64,000 nucleotides of DNA from Podarcis tiliguerta (Eukaryota), in the NCBI GenBank assembly GCA_965153285.1, contig OZ229110.1. The stretch is one strand, 5' to 3'. Positions 12,482-24,586 of the stretch are shown here, piece after piece. Numbering within the stretch: the first letter of the stretch is position 1; each line of letters begins with the position of its first letter. The notes beneath the pieces were generated by a model that searched no databases, was not told where the DNA came from, and saw only the letters and a list, made by a program, of their open reading frames with translations. The position numbers and the translations under genes are program-made.

Positions 12482-12954
12482 TCTTTGGATAAGGTGGGGG
12501 GGGGGGAAGAGTCAGAAATATTAGTCAATGACTTCAGCCTAGGGATGGGTGAGCAGAAGACCATTCATGCAGTCCAACATTCAAAGAAAGAAACCTCTCA
12601 GGGATGGATTCCAAGATTTAGCAGAATGCTCAAAGGAGCCTAATTTTCCTGGAAGTTGTTGGACTACAACCCATCATCCTTGACCATTGGCCATACAACA
12701 TAAGGAGGCACCACATCTTAAATTTTTCAAGTTAATATTTAGTCCTTTCCGAGTTTTGATGCTACTAATTAGGTAAGAGGAAACATTTATGGGGGGGGGG
12801 GAATGTTTTTGCTTATTAAGTTTTTCATTGCCCTTTTCTGATGTAAACAGACCTCAACACTGGCCAACACAACATGAGCGCAGTGGTGGTTTGGCATCAT
12901 GACTTTGTTGTGATGCGTTGCTACAAGTCTAGGGATACATACACAAAAATAAGT

Positions 12955-13427
12955 GTACTATATATTTAAAGCAGTATTATGCCACTTTAAACAGTCATGA
13001 CTTTCCCTCAAAGAATCCTGGGGATTGTAGTTTGTTAAGAGTTCTGAGACTGTTAAAGGTAAAGGGTAAAGGGACCCCTGACCATTAGGTCCAGTCATGG
13101 CCAACTCCGGGGTTGTGGCGCGGGGATTCGAACCGCCGACCTTTTGATCGGCAAGTCCTAGGCTCTGTGGTTTAACACACAGCGCCACCTGGAGACCCCT
13201 ATTTACCTCACAGAGCTACAGAACTTGAAAGTGCCTTCACTTTTGTGCCTTCACAAAAGTCAATCCCTCTTCCCAGGGAACTCTGAGAGCTGGAGCTCTG
13301 TGTGGGACAGGGGTCTCCTAACAACTCCCAGCGCCCTTAACAAATCGTTCCCAGGATTTGGTGGAAGGGAGCCATGATTGTTGAAAGTGACATGATGCTG
13401 CTTTAAATGCACAGTGCAGATAGGGCC
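12955..13427. mobile_element. Long palindromic MITE interrupted by a SINE
   Basis: Arms TTTAAAGCAG...AAAGAATCCTGGG...GTAGTTTGTTAAG and CTTAACAAA...CCCAGGATT...CTGCTTTAAA are inverted. Same family at 49140 and 54855. Confidence 0.75.
13055..13190 (-). mobile_element. Sauria SINE, internally deleted (head joined to tail)
   Basis: Reverse strand GGTGGCGCTGTG...GGTTCGAATCCCCGC joined directly to GCCACAACCCCGGAG...GGGGTCCCTTTACCCTTTACCTTT. Confidence 0.9.
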
Positions 13428-15756
13428 TCAGCTGTAACCCTCCTTTGTACTCTGTTTACTTCCCTTACCACACTGGCTGATCTTGGAGTCTTAAATTTCA
13501 GCAGCGCCCTGAGGGATACCAAAATTCAGTACTCTCTGCCTCTCACCTTCCATTCTCTATCATAGCTGTGCTGCCCCTTGTGGCATCTCTGAGGCTCTGC
13601 GCCTGGTACGACTGAACGGGTCGCGTGACCCTAAAACGTCCTCTGCTCACCATCACTTCCAAAACCCATGAGTGGAAAATGTCTGGACAGTATCTGTTGG
13701 GCTCTGTCTTTTTTAAATACTGGGGAGGAAAATTAAGAAATCATAAGAATGTAGAACAGATGAAAAAGAATAGACATCAGCTGCCACAGGCATATATTTT
13801 AAATAAATGTTTGAATTAAAACCGTACAAATGGAGAACAAAGAGACAAAATGCATTTTGCAAACTAAACAGGCTCTGTATAAATTGAGACAAACCAAACC
13901 ATGCTTCGGAAGTTATTGAAGAGTCCTAAATTCTTCATTACGCCACTGACTGTTAGCTTGTAGAATTCTAGAAATGCACCCTGCAGTTTGCACTAATTGG
14001 TGGGAAAAGGAGGTTCTGTGTCAAAGGCAACTAATTGTTTGATAGGAATAGCAAGCTTTCACATTCATATATACCACACCACTATATCACATCATTTTTT
14101 TGCATTCAGGGATTTATAAGGAGGTGTTATATTGTGCCACAGTTAATTGTAATGAGTTTATGGGCTCTGGTGCCCATATACATCTTGTTTACACTTGGGC
14201 AAGGTGATGTTACCAGTGAAAGGGCCTCTAAATGAGACTGTTGGGCATTTAACTAAAGACTTGCATTCTGCATAAGCAGCATACATAAAAGTGTATATTA
14301 TGCAGATTTTTGAAACCTGTGTCTTCAGGAAGACACTGTTTTGACCATAATGCATTCTGTCATGTGAGATAAAATGCAGGGAGCATTTACATTTCTCCCA
14401 CTCAGTAAGCTTCTACCACACGGCTTGCATTTTTCTCACATCAATAGACATCTTTTTAAACATTATATTTGTGTCTGTCTCTCTTGATGGCAAATAAAAT
14501 TCAATAAATAAAATTCCTTATGATAAATAATGCTAGATTTACAAAGTGGCTTTGATAAAGTGTGCTTGGTTTCAGGAGCGATTTGTTAAAAACAAATAAA
14601 TTTAACAAGACGTGCACACAAGCTCAAAATGTATTAATAGGTTGTAGATGATGCACAATAACATAATGACCCAAAAGACCATTTGCACAGTTGTTCACTC
14701 TGCTTAACTTACTGCCAAATCAGACAATTATTCAACAGAACCTGGGCCTGTTAGCTATGCAGAGCAGATCTTCGTCTAGCTGCTGGGTTATCAAACCAGT
14801 AGCTTTTGTGGATCTTCAATACGACAATGGGGAACGCTAGCATCAAAAACATCAAATATAATGTGGCATGTAGAAGAGACATTACAGGACATTAAACATT
14901 GGTACCGATTATAAACCACACTGTGTACTATGGTAAAAATGCATAGTAATTTACTGTGGTCCCAATCCTTCTACCTTTTAGAAAACAAAAAACAAAAGAA
15001 ATAATTACTGGCATCATGTAAATGCACATAGTTTTATTTGATATTCTCATGTTATGTGCAACATACTGCATATATATATTAAGCACTTGGGGCCAGTTCA
15101 CACTGTCAAACTGAAAAGGCTAATAGTTATTAAGTCAAAATTAGGAAACCATACTAAAAATCTAACAGATGAAATCACCTAAAGATTTAGGATTAGTTTG
15201 CCAATGCTTTCCTTAAAACCCAATACGGCTTTTTACCATCTTTGTGCCAAGTCCTGCTTAGACTAGCCTGATTATTCTACTAGACTTTTAATAGAATATT
15301 TTTCCTAGCCTATTAACAGACTTCTATTATCTTAGTGGGTTATATTAATGGACTGTGGGTTGGTTGGTTTTTTAAAGACATCTACTGAATGTACTGGTAG
15401 AGGGACTGGTCTCTCTTCCTCTTACCTATCAACTGTGTTTTCCCAGTGGCCATGGAGAAAAGGACTTGCCTTCCTCCATGGCAAGCATGAAAGCCAAGTG
15501 ACACGTCCCTCCCTTACCATCTTCCTCGCTCGCCTGGTTGGGATTCCGTGCCCTTGCCTGGTGACCAGATGAGTAGTTAAATGCAAGCCTTAATCTCCAG
15601 ATGCTGGTGGATTACAATTCCTACCATCTTCAGCCAGCTCAGCCAAGGGACATGGATGATGGGAGCTATAGACCTATATCAGGGGTCCAAAGGAAACAAA
15701 ATATGGGAATAACTTTTTCCGAATAGGAAAGTTTCAGATTTGAATTTCTACTGAAA

Positions 15757-15906
15757 TGAGGCTGCATTTTAATGTTGTATTTTTATCCTGTTTTGAAGTT
15801 GTATTTTAATCAATTGTTTTTATACCTGGTGTTAGCTGCCCTGAGCCCGGCCTTGGCTGGGAAAGGCGGGGTATAAATAAAATTTATCATCATCATCATC
15901 ATCATC
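15757..15906 (+). mobile_element. L2 3' UTR fragment
   Basis: TGAGGCTGCATTTTAATG...CTGAGCCCGGCCTTGGCTGGG...GGGTATAAATAAAA(TCA)n; matches 6190-6365. Confidence 0.85.
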
Positions 15907-16595
15907 AAAGCACAAGTACTTTGGTGAAGGTTGGTGTGGGGACTGTGATTCAGTCCATTTCCTTTATAAAGAGAAACAAATGGAAATGCTAGGTTCAAAT
16001 TCCCTTTGGTTTAAGAAGGAGCAATGTCTTCTGCTCATTCCCTCATGCTCCAAAACCAAGGAAACAGGAAGTTGTCTTTCCAGCCTCAACTTGTGCACCA
16101 CGAGAGAGCAAAGACACTGGCCAGGAACCTGAGGCCCTTGGGACCATCCCAGGCCACAGCCTCACAGCCTTGCTCCATGCTCTCCTGAAGTGCTTTTGCC
16201 TGGATGCAATGTGTTATTTATGGAGTGGTGACCATGCCTCCGGCTGACCTGAGCAGAGGAAAGAGAGGTAGCAATGCATGTGTGATCTCAATAGGCAGGG
16301 ATTTCCAAAGTGCAGGCACTGCCTCACTAAATGAGTTCTTAGAAATGCAGAATGGGCATTATGTGGTACCTGTAGCAGTGCCAATTCCGCTGATTGAAGC
16401 AATCGAGTGGGCACACATGGAGTAAATCAATCTCATAGGTGGGTGCACTCTTCCCACCTTAGATCAAATCTATGCTGCCAGGTGCCATAAGAAAGCGTCA
16501 GAGATAGCACATGATAGTACGCACCCCGGAAATGATCTCTTTCAGCTTCTGCCTTCTGGAAGAAGGTATAGGGTTATAAAGGCCAGGACTAGCCG

Positions 16596-16936
16596 GGTGG
16601 CGCTGTGGGTAAAACCTTAGCGCCTAGGACTTGCCGATCGCATGGTCGGCGGTTCGAATCCCCGCGGCGGGGTGCACTCCCATCGTTCGGTCCCAGCACC
16701 TGCCAACCTAGCAGTTCGAAAGCACCCCCGGGTGCAAGTAGATAAATAGGGACTGCTTACCAGCGGGAAGGTAAACGGCGTTCCGTGTGCTGCGCAGGCT
16801 CGCCAGATGCAGCTTGTCACGCTGGCCACGTGACCCAGAAGTGTCTGCAGACAGCGCTGGCTCCCGGCCTCTAGAGTGAGATGAGCGCACAACCCTCGAG
16901 TCGGACACGACTGGCCCGTACGGGCAGGGGTACCTT
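16596..16936 (+). mobile_element. Sauria SINE (subfamily A)
   Basis: tRNA-like head with B box GGTTCGAATCC, BovB-like GAGTCGGACACGACT, ACCTTT end. TSD TAGCCG at 16590-16595 and 16937-16942. Confidence 0.92.
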
Positions 16937-17057
16937 TAGCCGCCTGAGAAACAGTTTTTACGCTAATGCAATTCTGGTTCTAAACGCAGCATAAGGGGTC
17001 TCTGTAGTATAGTGTATTTTAAAATGGGGTTTTAGCGTTCTTAGGGGTTTTTGAACG

Positions 17058-17126
17058 TTTTATGTAGTTTTTATGTAGTTTTATGTAGTTTTTATGTAGT
17101 TTTATGTAGTTTTTATGTAGTTTTTT
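17058..17126 (+). repeat. 10-11 bp tandem repeat (TTTT[T]ATGTAG)n within the Rex1/Babar 3' UTR
   Basis: About 6 units visible. Confidence 0.9.
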
Positions 17127-19003
17127 CAATTTCATTGTTCCGCAAGGGACAATGACAATAAAGATATCGTAATCGTAATCGTAATCATAGGCAAACTGGT
17201 CCCAAGTTGTTAAGGGCTTTGTATGCTAATAGTAACACCTTGATGTTGCTAACAAAATGGGTACAATTAGCACGGTCCCAATTAGTTAAGGCATGCCCAA
17301 GCAATCGGGTGAAATTTTTGCATAGCCTTTTAGAGTAACCGAGGGTTGTTTATAAGCTTCTTTCAAATTGGGGGAGGAAATGTCCTCCAAATGGTTAAGG
17401 CTTTTAAAGGCCACCCAAGAAGAAGAAAGTTGGTACACTCATGGCACACTCACACTCACACTAATTACTAAAGAAGAAGTCAGAATATTTCTGCACCAGT
17501 CACAACCTAATATTTGCCTCATAAGGCAGGCCTTCATTCCAACACAGAACCTCACAAAACCTATATGTGATGGAATGTTGGTCTCTGTGAGTGTTGTTGG
17601 ATTTGAGGGAGAGAGACTTCGGGCTGCAGCATGGAAGTCATAGCTGGGCTTACAAACTCTTGCTTTGCGGAAGAACCAATGCCAAGATGGATTACTGAAA
17701 GCTGGGGCTCAGGATCAGGCCAGGGCATAAATGATTTAAATAGATACTTATGCTTTTAAAAAAAACAGTTCAAAATATAATTACTTTTTGAAATCTGCAG
17801 GTATCCAAATTTCTACAGGTATCCAAACTTGCTAGAAAACCAGCAGCTTCTTTGTCATGTAATCTATTTAAAACTCTCTCCCCAACTTGGTGGATTCCAG
17901 ATGTTTTGCACTACAACAGGGCCAGGCTGGCTGGCTGGTGCTGATGTGAGCTGTGGTCCAAAACATCTGGAGGGCACCAGGTCGGGGAAGATTGGTTTAG
18001 AAGATTTGTTAATACTACTAAAAGTGTTCTGCCTCCCACTGCTGACATCTGTGCGAAAACAGTGTACTACTTGCTGTTGCCATATAAATGGTTAAAACAT
18101 TGAAATGCATTGAAGAACTTATATGCTAACACATCAGCCCAGTTATAATTTGGAGACAATGAATAATATATTTCAGACAAAGTGAAGGCAGCTATAGAAT
18201 TAAACTAAAATAGAAAAATTACGCCCACAAGGCATTTAAATTTAGGAGCTGAATAAGTTATTCACACATTAAAAGGTTCATATATTTCAAAGAAAGCATT
18301 AAAAAGTTTCTTTCTAAGGAAAAAAAACTGAGAAACTAACAAAAACTAGGATAATTCTAAACAAGGCCAAAGCTGGGATGGAAACTTATTTAACAGAGCA
18401 AACTTATGCGTGCTTCCTTAGAAACAAGTACCACACTATTAAGTGAAAGTTACTCCCAGGTAAGCATTCATAAAGTCTTATAAAAGCTGCAATCATATAT
18501 CCCCTTATTCACTTGATGAAATGCTTGTTAATTGGCAAGGCCAGCTGTTTTGTACCTATAAGTGCAACAGTTATTTCATGTGAACTCCTTACTATCAATA
18601 AAGCTGTGCTATGAAATATTTGCTGCCATTGGTGGGAACATCCACTTGATGAGTCGTTTTTCCTCTGATATACTTTGTGCCCAACAAACAGCTGCTCTGG
18701 AGGACTGGAGCAGTATGAGATTCTCTGCTGACTCTCAGTTCTGTCTGTGAACAGAAGGAGCCCTTCCATTTGTAGAAGCCTAGTCAGGACCAAAAGCAAT
18801 GTGACGCAACCAGCTACCCTTTTGTTTAGTATCTTCTGCACCTTCCTTTGCTTCATAATGTAAATGTTTTATGTGGCAACAATAGCATGGGGGGGCAACA
18901 CATTTGGGCCCCTGTGGAGGCCCACACCTGAGCAAGAGGCCTACTTTGAATAGGTTATCCTACTTTAGAGGACCATCCTCAGGTAGAAGGATTGCCTATT
19001 CCA

Positions 19004-19175
19004 AGGGTGGATCTAAACATGGGGGAGGGGGAACAACGCTATAAATAAGCCAGAAATTAAATCATTATAACAAAAGAAAAAAACACTATGGGAAATTGCA
19101 TAGAATTTTGTTTTGCTCTATAGCGCCATCTGGTGTTGCATGCTTATAACGCATTCAAAACACCTTTTTTTGACT
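19004..19175. mobile_element. Degenerate MITE copy carrying a CTCF-like motif (19121-19136)
   Basis: Starts GGGTGGATCTAAAC; contains AGCGCCATCTGGTGT, identical to the copy at ~30806. Confidence 0.55.
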
Positions 19176-20184
19176 AACGTACCTGAGTCCCAAGTCTAGT
19201 CTAAAATAAAGGACCATATCAAGAGAGAGCAGCTGGGGCTTTGGAGCTGCCCATCAACAGTTAGGAGAGACTGTCCTCCCTTGAGGCATGTTGAGGCAGC
19301 CCCCTTGGGTACTGCCACACAACCCAAATAAGGGAGGCTGCAGCGGCAGGGCAGGGCACCTTCCCCTTTCTCCTCAGGTGGCAAAATGGGCTAGGCTGTC
19401 CCTGAAAGCATCTGAAGCAGACTGAGCAGACACACAGGTGTTGTATTGTATTCTATTTAAAGTAGAATTGTGGTTTCAGAATTTGCATCTGTACCTGAAC
19501 AATAGCATGTGCATATTTTATGCAAATCTCTGACTTCATTTGCCCTCTTTTTTGATGATGCATTTCCATTCTTTAAGTGCCATGTAAGTGGTCACCCTTA
19601 AAAGCAGGGGCTGTTGGCCTTTTTCAGCCCAGCAGCCGCATCAACAGTTGACGCTGCCCGTCCCACTGGAAATCATGCAAAATTGGCAGTGGCCAAATTA
19701 CACTCGTGCGCACACATGCCACCACCATGCATATAGGGCATACAGGTGCACTCAGCAAGAAGAACATACAGGCATGCATACATTCATAGGTATATGCAGG
19801 CAGCTGTACACACGCATTCAAGGAACTTGCATGAGGGCAGGAACGGTAAATGCTGCTAAAACAACAGCCAAAGTACCAAGAATGGGAGCCCTTTTCACAT
19901 TCTCCTAAAGCCTTACCTTGGAAGGGGCAGAGAGAGAGGGGGAAAGAGAGTAATCTCTGTGTACATAAACAGACAGAGATGTGTCAGGCGACTAGTGTAG
20001 ATACCTAAACTTTAATGTTGCCCCCTTCCTCCGCTCATCGGATCAGTCTGATGTACGGCTGGAGAGGCAGATCAGATCTCCATCATCATGCTGGGGCTTA
20101 GCATTGTGAGGATGGGGCTATACCTGGATATTTTATTTTATTTTTGAAAAGGAAGATGGCACAGAGGCCCAATTGTTGGGGAGC

Positions 20185-20462
20185 AGGTCTTGAAAGACCT
20201 ACACTGGCTCCCAATACGTTTCTGAGCACAATTCAAAGTGTTGGTGCTGACCTTTAAAGCCTTAAACAGCCTCAGTCCAATATACCTGAAGGAGCATCTC
20301 CACCCCCCATCGTTCAGCCCGGACACTGAGGTCCAGTGCCGAGGGCCTTCTGGCGGTTCCCTCGCTGCGAGAAGCCAAGTTACAGGGAAGCCGCCTAGAG
20401 TGGCTGGGGAAACCCAGCCAGATGGGCGGGGTATAAATGATAAATTATTATTATATTATTAT
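20185..20462 (+). mobile_element. L2 LINE fragment (ORF2 C-terminus joined to 3' tail by an internal deletion)
   Basis: CTACACTGGCTCCCA (LHWLP), VLTFKALNSLSPIYLKEHL, then AGCCGCCTAGAGTGGCTGGGG...GGGTATAAAT + (ATT)n. Confidence 0.85.
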
Positions 20463-20764
20463 AAAGTGTTTGGCAGATTGGATAGGGCCCGTTGGTCATG
20501 GGTTTGCCACCCCTTTACTAAATCCTCTCACCCTGCTGCTTCTTTTCATTGCTGCCACTTCCTGTTCAGTTGTCCCTTCTAGGCAACTAAGGGGGAAAGA
20601 AGAAGAGCCACCAGCCTCTGGGAAGGTTACACCCAAAGGAAAGGGGAAAGCAAATGGAGTAGCAAAAAGGAAGTCAGCCTAGGAAGGGTATTTTGTTCAG
20701 GACCTCCCAAACCATCTAGATTTTGTTAGCCACATTGGGAATGTGGCTTTTCATTCTATTTTTT

Positions 20765-20984
20765 AATCTGTTTATTCTGTCTATTTCTTCCAAGGAGCTC
20801 AAGGGGTGTATACATATTTATCCCCCTCATTTTATCCTCACAACAACCCTGTAAAGTAGGTTAGGCTGACAGGCAGGGACTGGCCCAAGGTCACCCAGTG
20901 AGCTTCATGGCGGACTGTGCATTTGAATCCTGGTCTCCCAGGTCGTAGCCCAACACTCTAACCACTATGCCAGACTGACTCTCT
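20765..20984 (-). mobile_element. tRNA-derived CORE (MIR-like) SINE
   Basis: Reverse strand head TGGCATAGTGGTTAGAGTG...GGATTCAAAT, CORE-like CACTGGGTGACCTTGGGCCAGTC, then CAGGGTTGTTGTGAGGATAAAATG. Confidence 0.8.
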
Positions 20985-21057
20985 AGACCTGATAAACTCA
21001 CCTCTTCCCAGATGCCTTTGCTGAAATGTTCTTACACAGAAATCAGTGGGGCTTTAA

Positions 21058-21147
21058 CAGCATAATCTAGTTCATGACTACTCAGAAGTAATTTGTTTTG
21101 AGTTCAATGGTTTTTACTTGCAGGTCAGTGTGTATAGGATTGTGGCA
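21058..21147. mobile_element. ~90-bp palindromic micro-MITE copy
   Basis: TAA|CAGCATAATCTAG...CTACTCAGAAGTAA...TGAGTTCAATGG...TATAGGATTGTGGCA|TAA. Confidence 0.65.
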
Positions 21148-21329
21148 TAAACTGGCTACTTGGGCTGGATAATGTCTCTTCTTTTCCTTTACATGCCCAT
21201 AGCTTATTCTATTTTGCTAGCTGTTTGCTTCCCCCGCCCCCCAATAAGCATATCCCCATTATTTATTTCATTCCTAGATTTAATATTTCCCTGATTTCCT
21301 TCTGTGGAAATTCCTCCCCACTCGGAGGA

Positions 21330-21960
21330 TGACAATGAAGATTAAACTCTCAGCGTGGGTCTCCTTCAAAAGCCCTGCCGAGCATAAGGATGCCATTGTT
21401 TTTCCACAGCAGCCGTTTGTTATAATTCTCGCCTTCCAAAATCTGCACCACTGTAATTTGGTACTGCCTTATAATTAAATCTGTGATTTCACATTAACTG
21501 AAATCAGCCATTTGGAGAAAATATGCAAGACTCATTCACTGGCCTTTCTGAATCTCTTTTTCACAATTGCAAACTCCTGGTCAAACAAATTAAATTACCG
21601 CAGCAATATGTAACTCATTTTATGCAAATTAAGGTATTACTGTTCTGAATCATATCCATGAGAATCATCTGTGGGTATTTTTTTTTTTTTTTTTTACCCT
21701 TGTAGCTTTCTGCCTTCAGTGCTTCTATGAAACAGCAAAACTGATGCTTAATTTCTGAAAAACTAATTTGACTGGTGTTAGCTTTTGGTGTATAAAAGAA
21801 TATCTACATAAATATTTTTCGACATTCTATACTTTTCAGAAGCTTCTGTCTGCATACCATAATAGACAACATCAGTTGCTTGTATTCTGCAGCACACTTT
21901 TCATCTTTTCTCATCAGTGATGGGTGCATGATTACTATAAATAATTAATTTGATTGTTTG
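21330..21960. promoter_or_regulatory. Candidate enhancer/CNE-like unique block with octamer motif
   Basis: TE-free, many TAAT/ATTA cores, perfect ATGCAAAT at 21622-21629. Function is inferred only. Confidence 0.3.
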
Positions 21961-21987
21961 TTTATTTTCAAGTATTTTTTATCTTGC

Positions 21988-22037
21988 ATAGATATAGATA
22001 TATAGATATAGATATAGATAGATAGAGATATAGATAT
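21988..22037. repeat. (ATATAG)n-like microsatellite
   Basis: Directly visible. Confidence 0.9.
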
Positions 22038-22929
22038 GAATGATACCATGATAACCAATGCTGCTAGCAAAATCAAAACCAATCAAAATCACAATTTGTT
22101 CTAGAATTACACTAATACATTTTAAATAATTAAAAGCACTATGGTGGGTACATAATAATTTAAAACAACAATTAAGCAATGAAATAAATATCAATAAGAA
22201 TGACAGACCATTAGGGGAGCAATCCTACAGCCAGGGTTTGGATGGCTGAAGGGCATCTGGAAGCTGGCAGAGAGGGAGGCCCCTTGTTGGGGGGCACTCC
22301 GTGTACCCCTGCAGAAAGGACATGGGCATACTGCCACCAGTGTCCTGCCACAAGGAGAAACTGGGCACTCTGGCAGGGGTGGGGGTGGGGGTGGGACGCT
22401 TCATTGCCCCAACATGCCCCCAAACAGGCCCTGGAGCTTGCATTGTTAATTTCTTCTCACGGACCACAAACATGGAGAAAGGGGACACAAACACAGAGAG
22501 AAGCTTTGGCAGAGTTTAGCAAGCTGGCAGAGTTCAGGAAGTAGTGTAGACCCACTATGGAGTCCCACCCACCATTGCTACCATAGGATGGATGCATACA
22601 TTTCCATAGCACCCCAAAGTCCTCTTAAATAAAGGGTCTTTGTGTTTCTTCAGAAGGCCAAAAGCATGGAAAAGGAGGACAGATGGACCTTCCAGAGAAG
22701 AGAGTTCAGGAGCCTGTGGGCAACCACTGAAAATACCCTTTCTTGTCTAACCATCTGCCCCAAATCAGATGCAGAAGAAACTCTGATTTCTAAGTCCTCA
22801 GACGTGTGCCTATTGGAACATGCAGGCCTTCAAGTATCCCAGGCTATTTACGGTTCTAAAGGTTGATAGCAGCATTATGAATTATGCCTGGAAAAATGGA
22901 AGATAGTACCATTACTGGTCACAGTAGAT

Positions 22930-22989
22930 AGAATCATAGAATCATAGAGTTGGAAGGGTCATCGAGTCCAACCCCCTGCCAAGCAGGAA
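22930..22989 (-). mobile_element. CR1 3' tail fragment
   Basis: AGAATCATAGAATCATAGAGTTGGAAGGG is the reverse complement of the CR1 (ATTCTATG)n end. Confidence 0.8.
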
Positions 22990-23423
22990 ACAGATAATAT
23001 TGGGCTATATGGACCAATATAAGGCAGTTACAGGTGGACTAGATCAGAGATGGGTAACCTATGGTCCTCTAGGTGTTGTTGGATTCCAGCTCCCATCCTC
23101 CATGAACATTGACCATGCTGACTATAGAATTTAAAAAATGAAAATAAGAAAACCAACAAAACCAACTCAAACAGCAGCAGATGCTGGCAGAGATTCAGCA
23201 ACTTTTGCTAAGGACCTGCAGGCAGATTGTACTTATTGCTACAGGGGTTTTTTTAAGTTTATGATTGCTTAAGCTATTTTGTTGGTGCTTTTAGCAGCCT
23301 TTAATTGGTTTGATGGTATTCTTTATTGCTTTATAACTAGTGATTTCAAGGCTGTTTATTTAATATATGCAACCCCACCCTGTATTTTACCTGGTTTTTA
23401 ATACAATACTAGTTGCTTCATAG

Positions 23424-23781
23424 GGACGGGGGTGGCGCTGTGGGTAAAACCTCAGCGCCTAGGACTTGCCGATGGCATGGTCGGCGGTTCGAATCCCCGC
23501 AGCAGGGTGCGCTCCCATTGCTCGGTACCAGTGCCTGCCAACCTAGCAGTTCGAAAGCACCCCCGGGTGCAAGTAGATAAATAGGGACCACTTAATAACG
23601 GGAAGGTAAACAGCGTTTCCGTGTGCTGCGCTGGCTTGCCAGAGCAGCTTTGTCACACTGGCCACGTGACCCGGAAGTGTCTGCGGACAGCGCTGGCTCC
23701 CGGCCTATAGAGTGAGATGAGCGCACAACCCTAGAGTCTGTCAAGACTGGCCCGTACCAGCAGGGGTACCTTTACCTTTAC
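23424..23781 (+). mobile_element. Full-length Sauria SINE (subfamily A)
   Basis: GGACGGGGGTGGCGCTGTGG head, B box, (ACCTTT)n tail. 15-bp TSD CTAGTTGCTTCATAG at 23409-23423 and 23782-23796. Confidence 0.95.
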
Positions 23782-24586
23782 CTAGTTGCTTCATAGATCC
23801 AGGTGTGGTCTGGTGGGGGAGCTCTGTGTATACTAGTGAATTTCCCTCTTGCCTTAAACTACATGAACAGAGGTGGGAAAAATCACTACCCAATTTCTCA
23901 GTACCGATAAACTGATTCATATTCTCTGTATGAATAGGGTAATGAGCTGCAAAATCCCCATTTTCTGTGGCATCACATATCCACCTTGGTCTTATGAATC
24001 TCCACCAAAAAAAGCAAGCAGCTATGGATGCAAGAAAGAAATGGTAAAAAGGCACTTTTCAGCAATCGAAATGATCTTCAAAAGAGGACTACGAAATAGT
24101 CTGTGGAAGTCACACTCTTGCTAAGAGATGTAAACCACATCATTTGTGTGAAAGCGGTGTCAAATTAGGGGATTCCCAAAGTATTTCTCCAGCCGTGATA
24201 AATATCCCATCACAGGAGGAAGGCCCAAAGATAGTTCTGTGGTTATTGTTCCCCTTTGTCCTGTCGAAGCCAAGACATTTGGCCTCTTCAGGCAAAACAG
24301 AAAATGGTGTGTGTCCCTCATCACTATCACCGGCACCACCACCTGAGGCAACAGGAGGTGACCCAGAGAAGTCCCATCATGCTGAAGACTGCAGAGGATA
24401 AAGAAAGGAGGCTGGAGAGCAGTAGTTAGCGATAGCCCTGCTCTTCCCAAGCATCAGCCATGGGTGATAAGTGCAGTGTGCTCTTTTGGGGGCCTGGATC
24501 TGCTACCCCTCCCACCTGCCCCCAGCCTGCTGCCAGAGGTGACTGCCTCGCTGAGGCCAAGCAGTCCAGTCCCTATTGCAGGCTGA

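Larger units (their letters stand above)
16440..17184 (+). mobile_element. 5'-truncated Rex1/Babar LINE (ORF2 C-terminus, 3' UTR, tail), interrupted by a Sauria SINE
   Basis: With the SINE removed it reads GCTLPTLDQIYAARCHKKASEIAHDSTHPGNDLFQLLPSGRRYRVIKARTSRLRNSFYANAILVLNAA*, containing the HP..LF.LLPSGRRYR..RT.R..NSF motif. 3' hairpin, AATAAA, (TCGTAA)3 tail. TSD TCATAGG at 16433-16439 and 17185-17191. Confidence 0.85.

Noticed and set aside
13563-13586. CTCF motif at GCTGCCCCTTGTGG (and CAGCACCTCTGGTGG at ~28020)
   Set aside because: Spacing is one base short of the core consensus, so the match is poor.
17058-17126. CRISPR-like or regulatory repeat array
   Set aside because: A simple 10-11 bp tandem repeat without spacers in a LINE 3' UTR, in a eukaryotic context.
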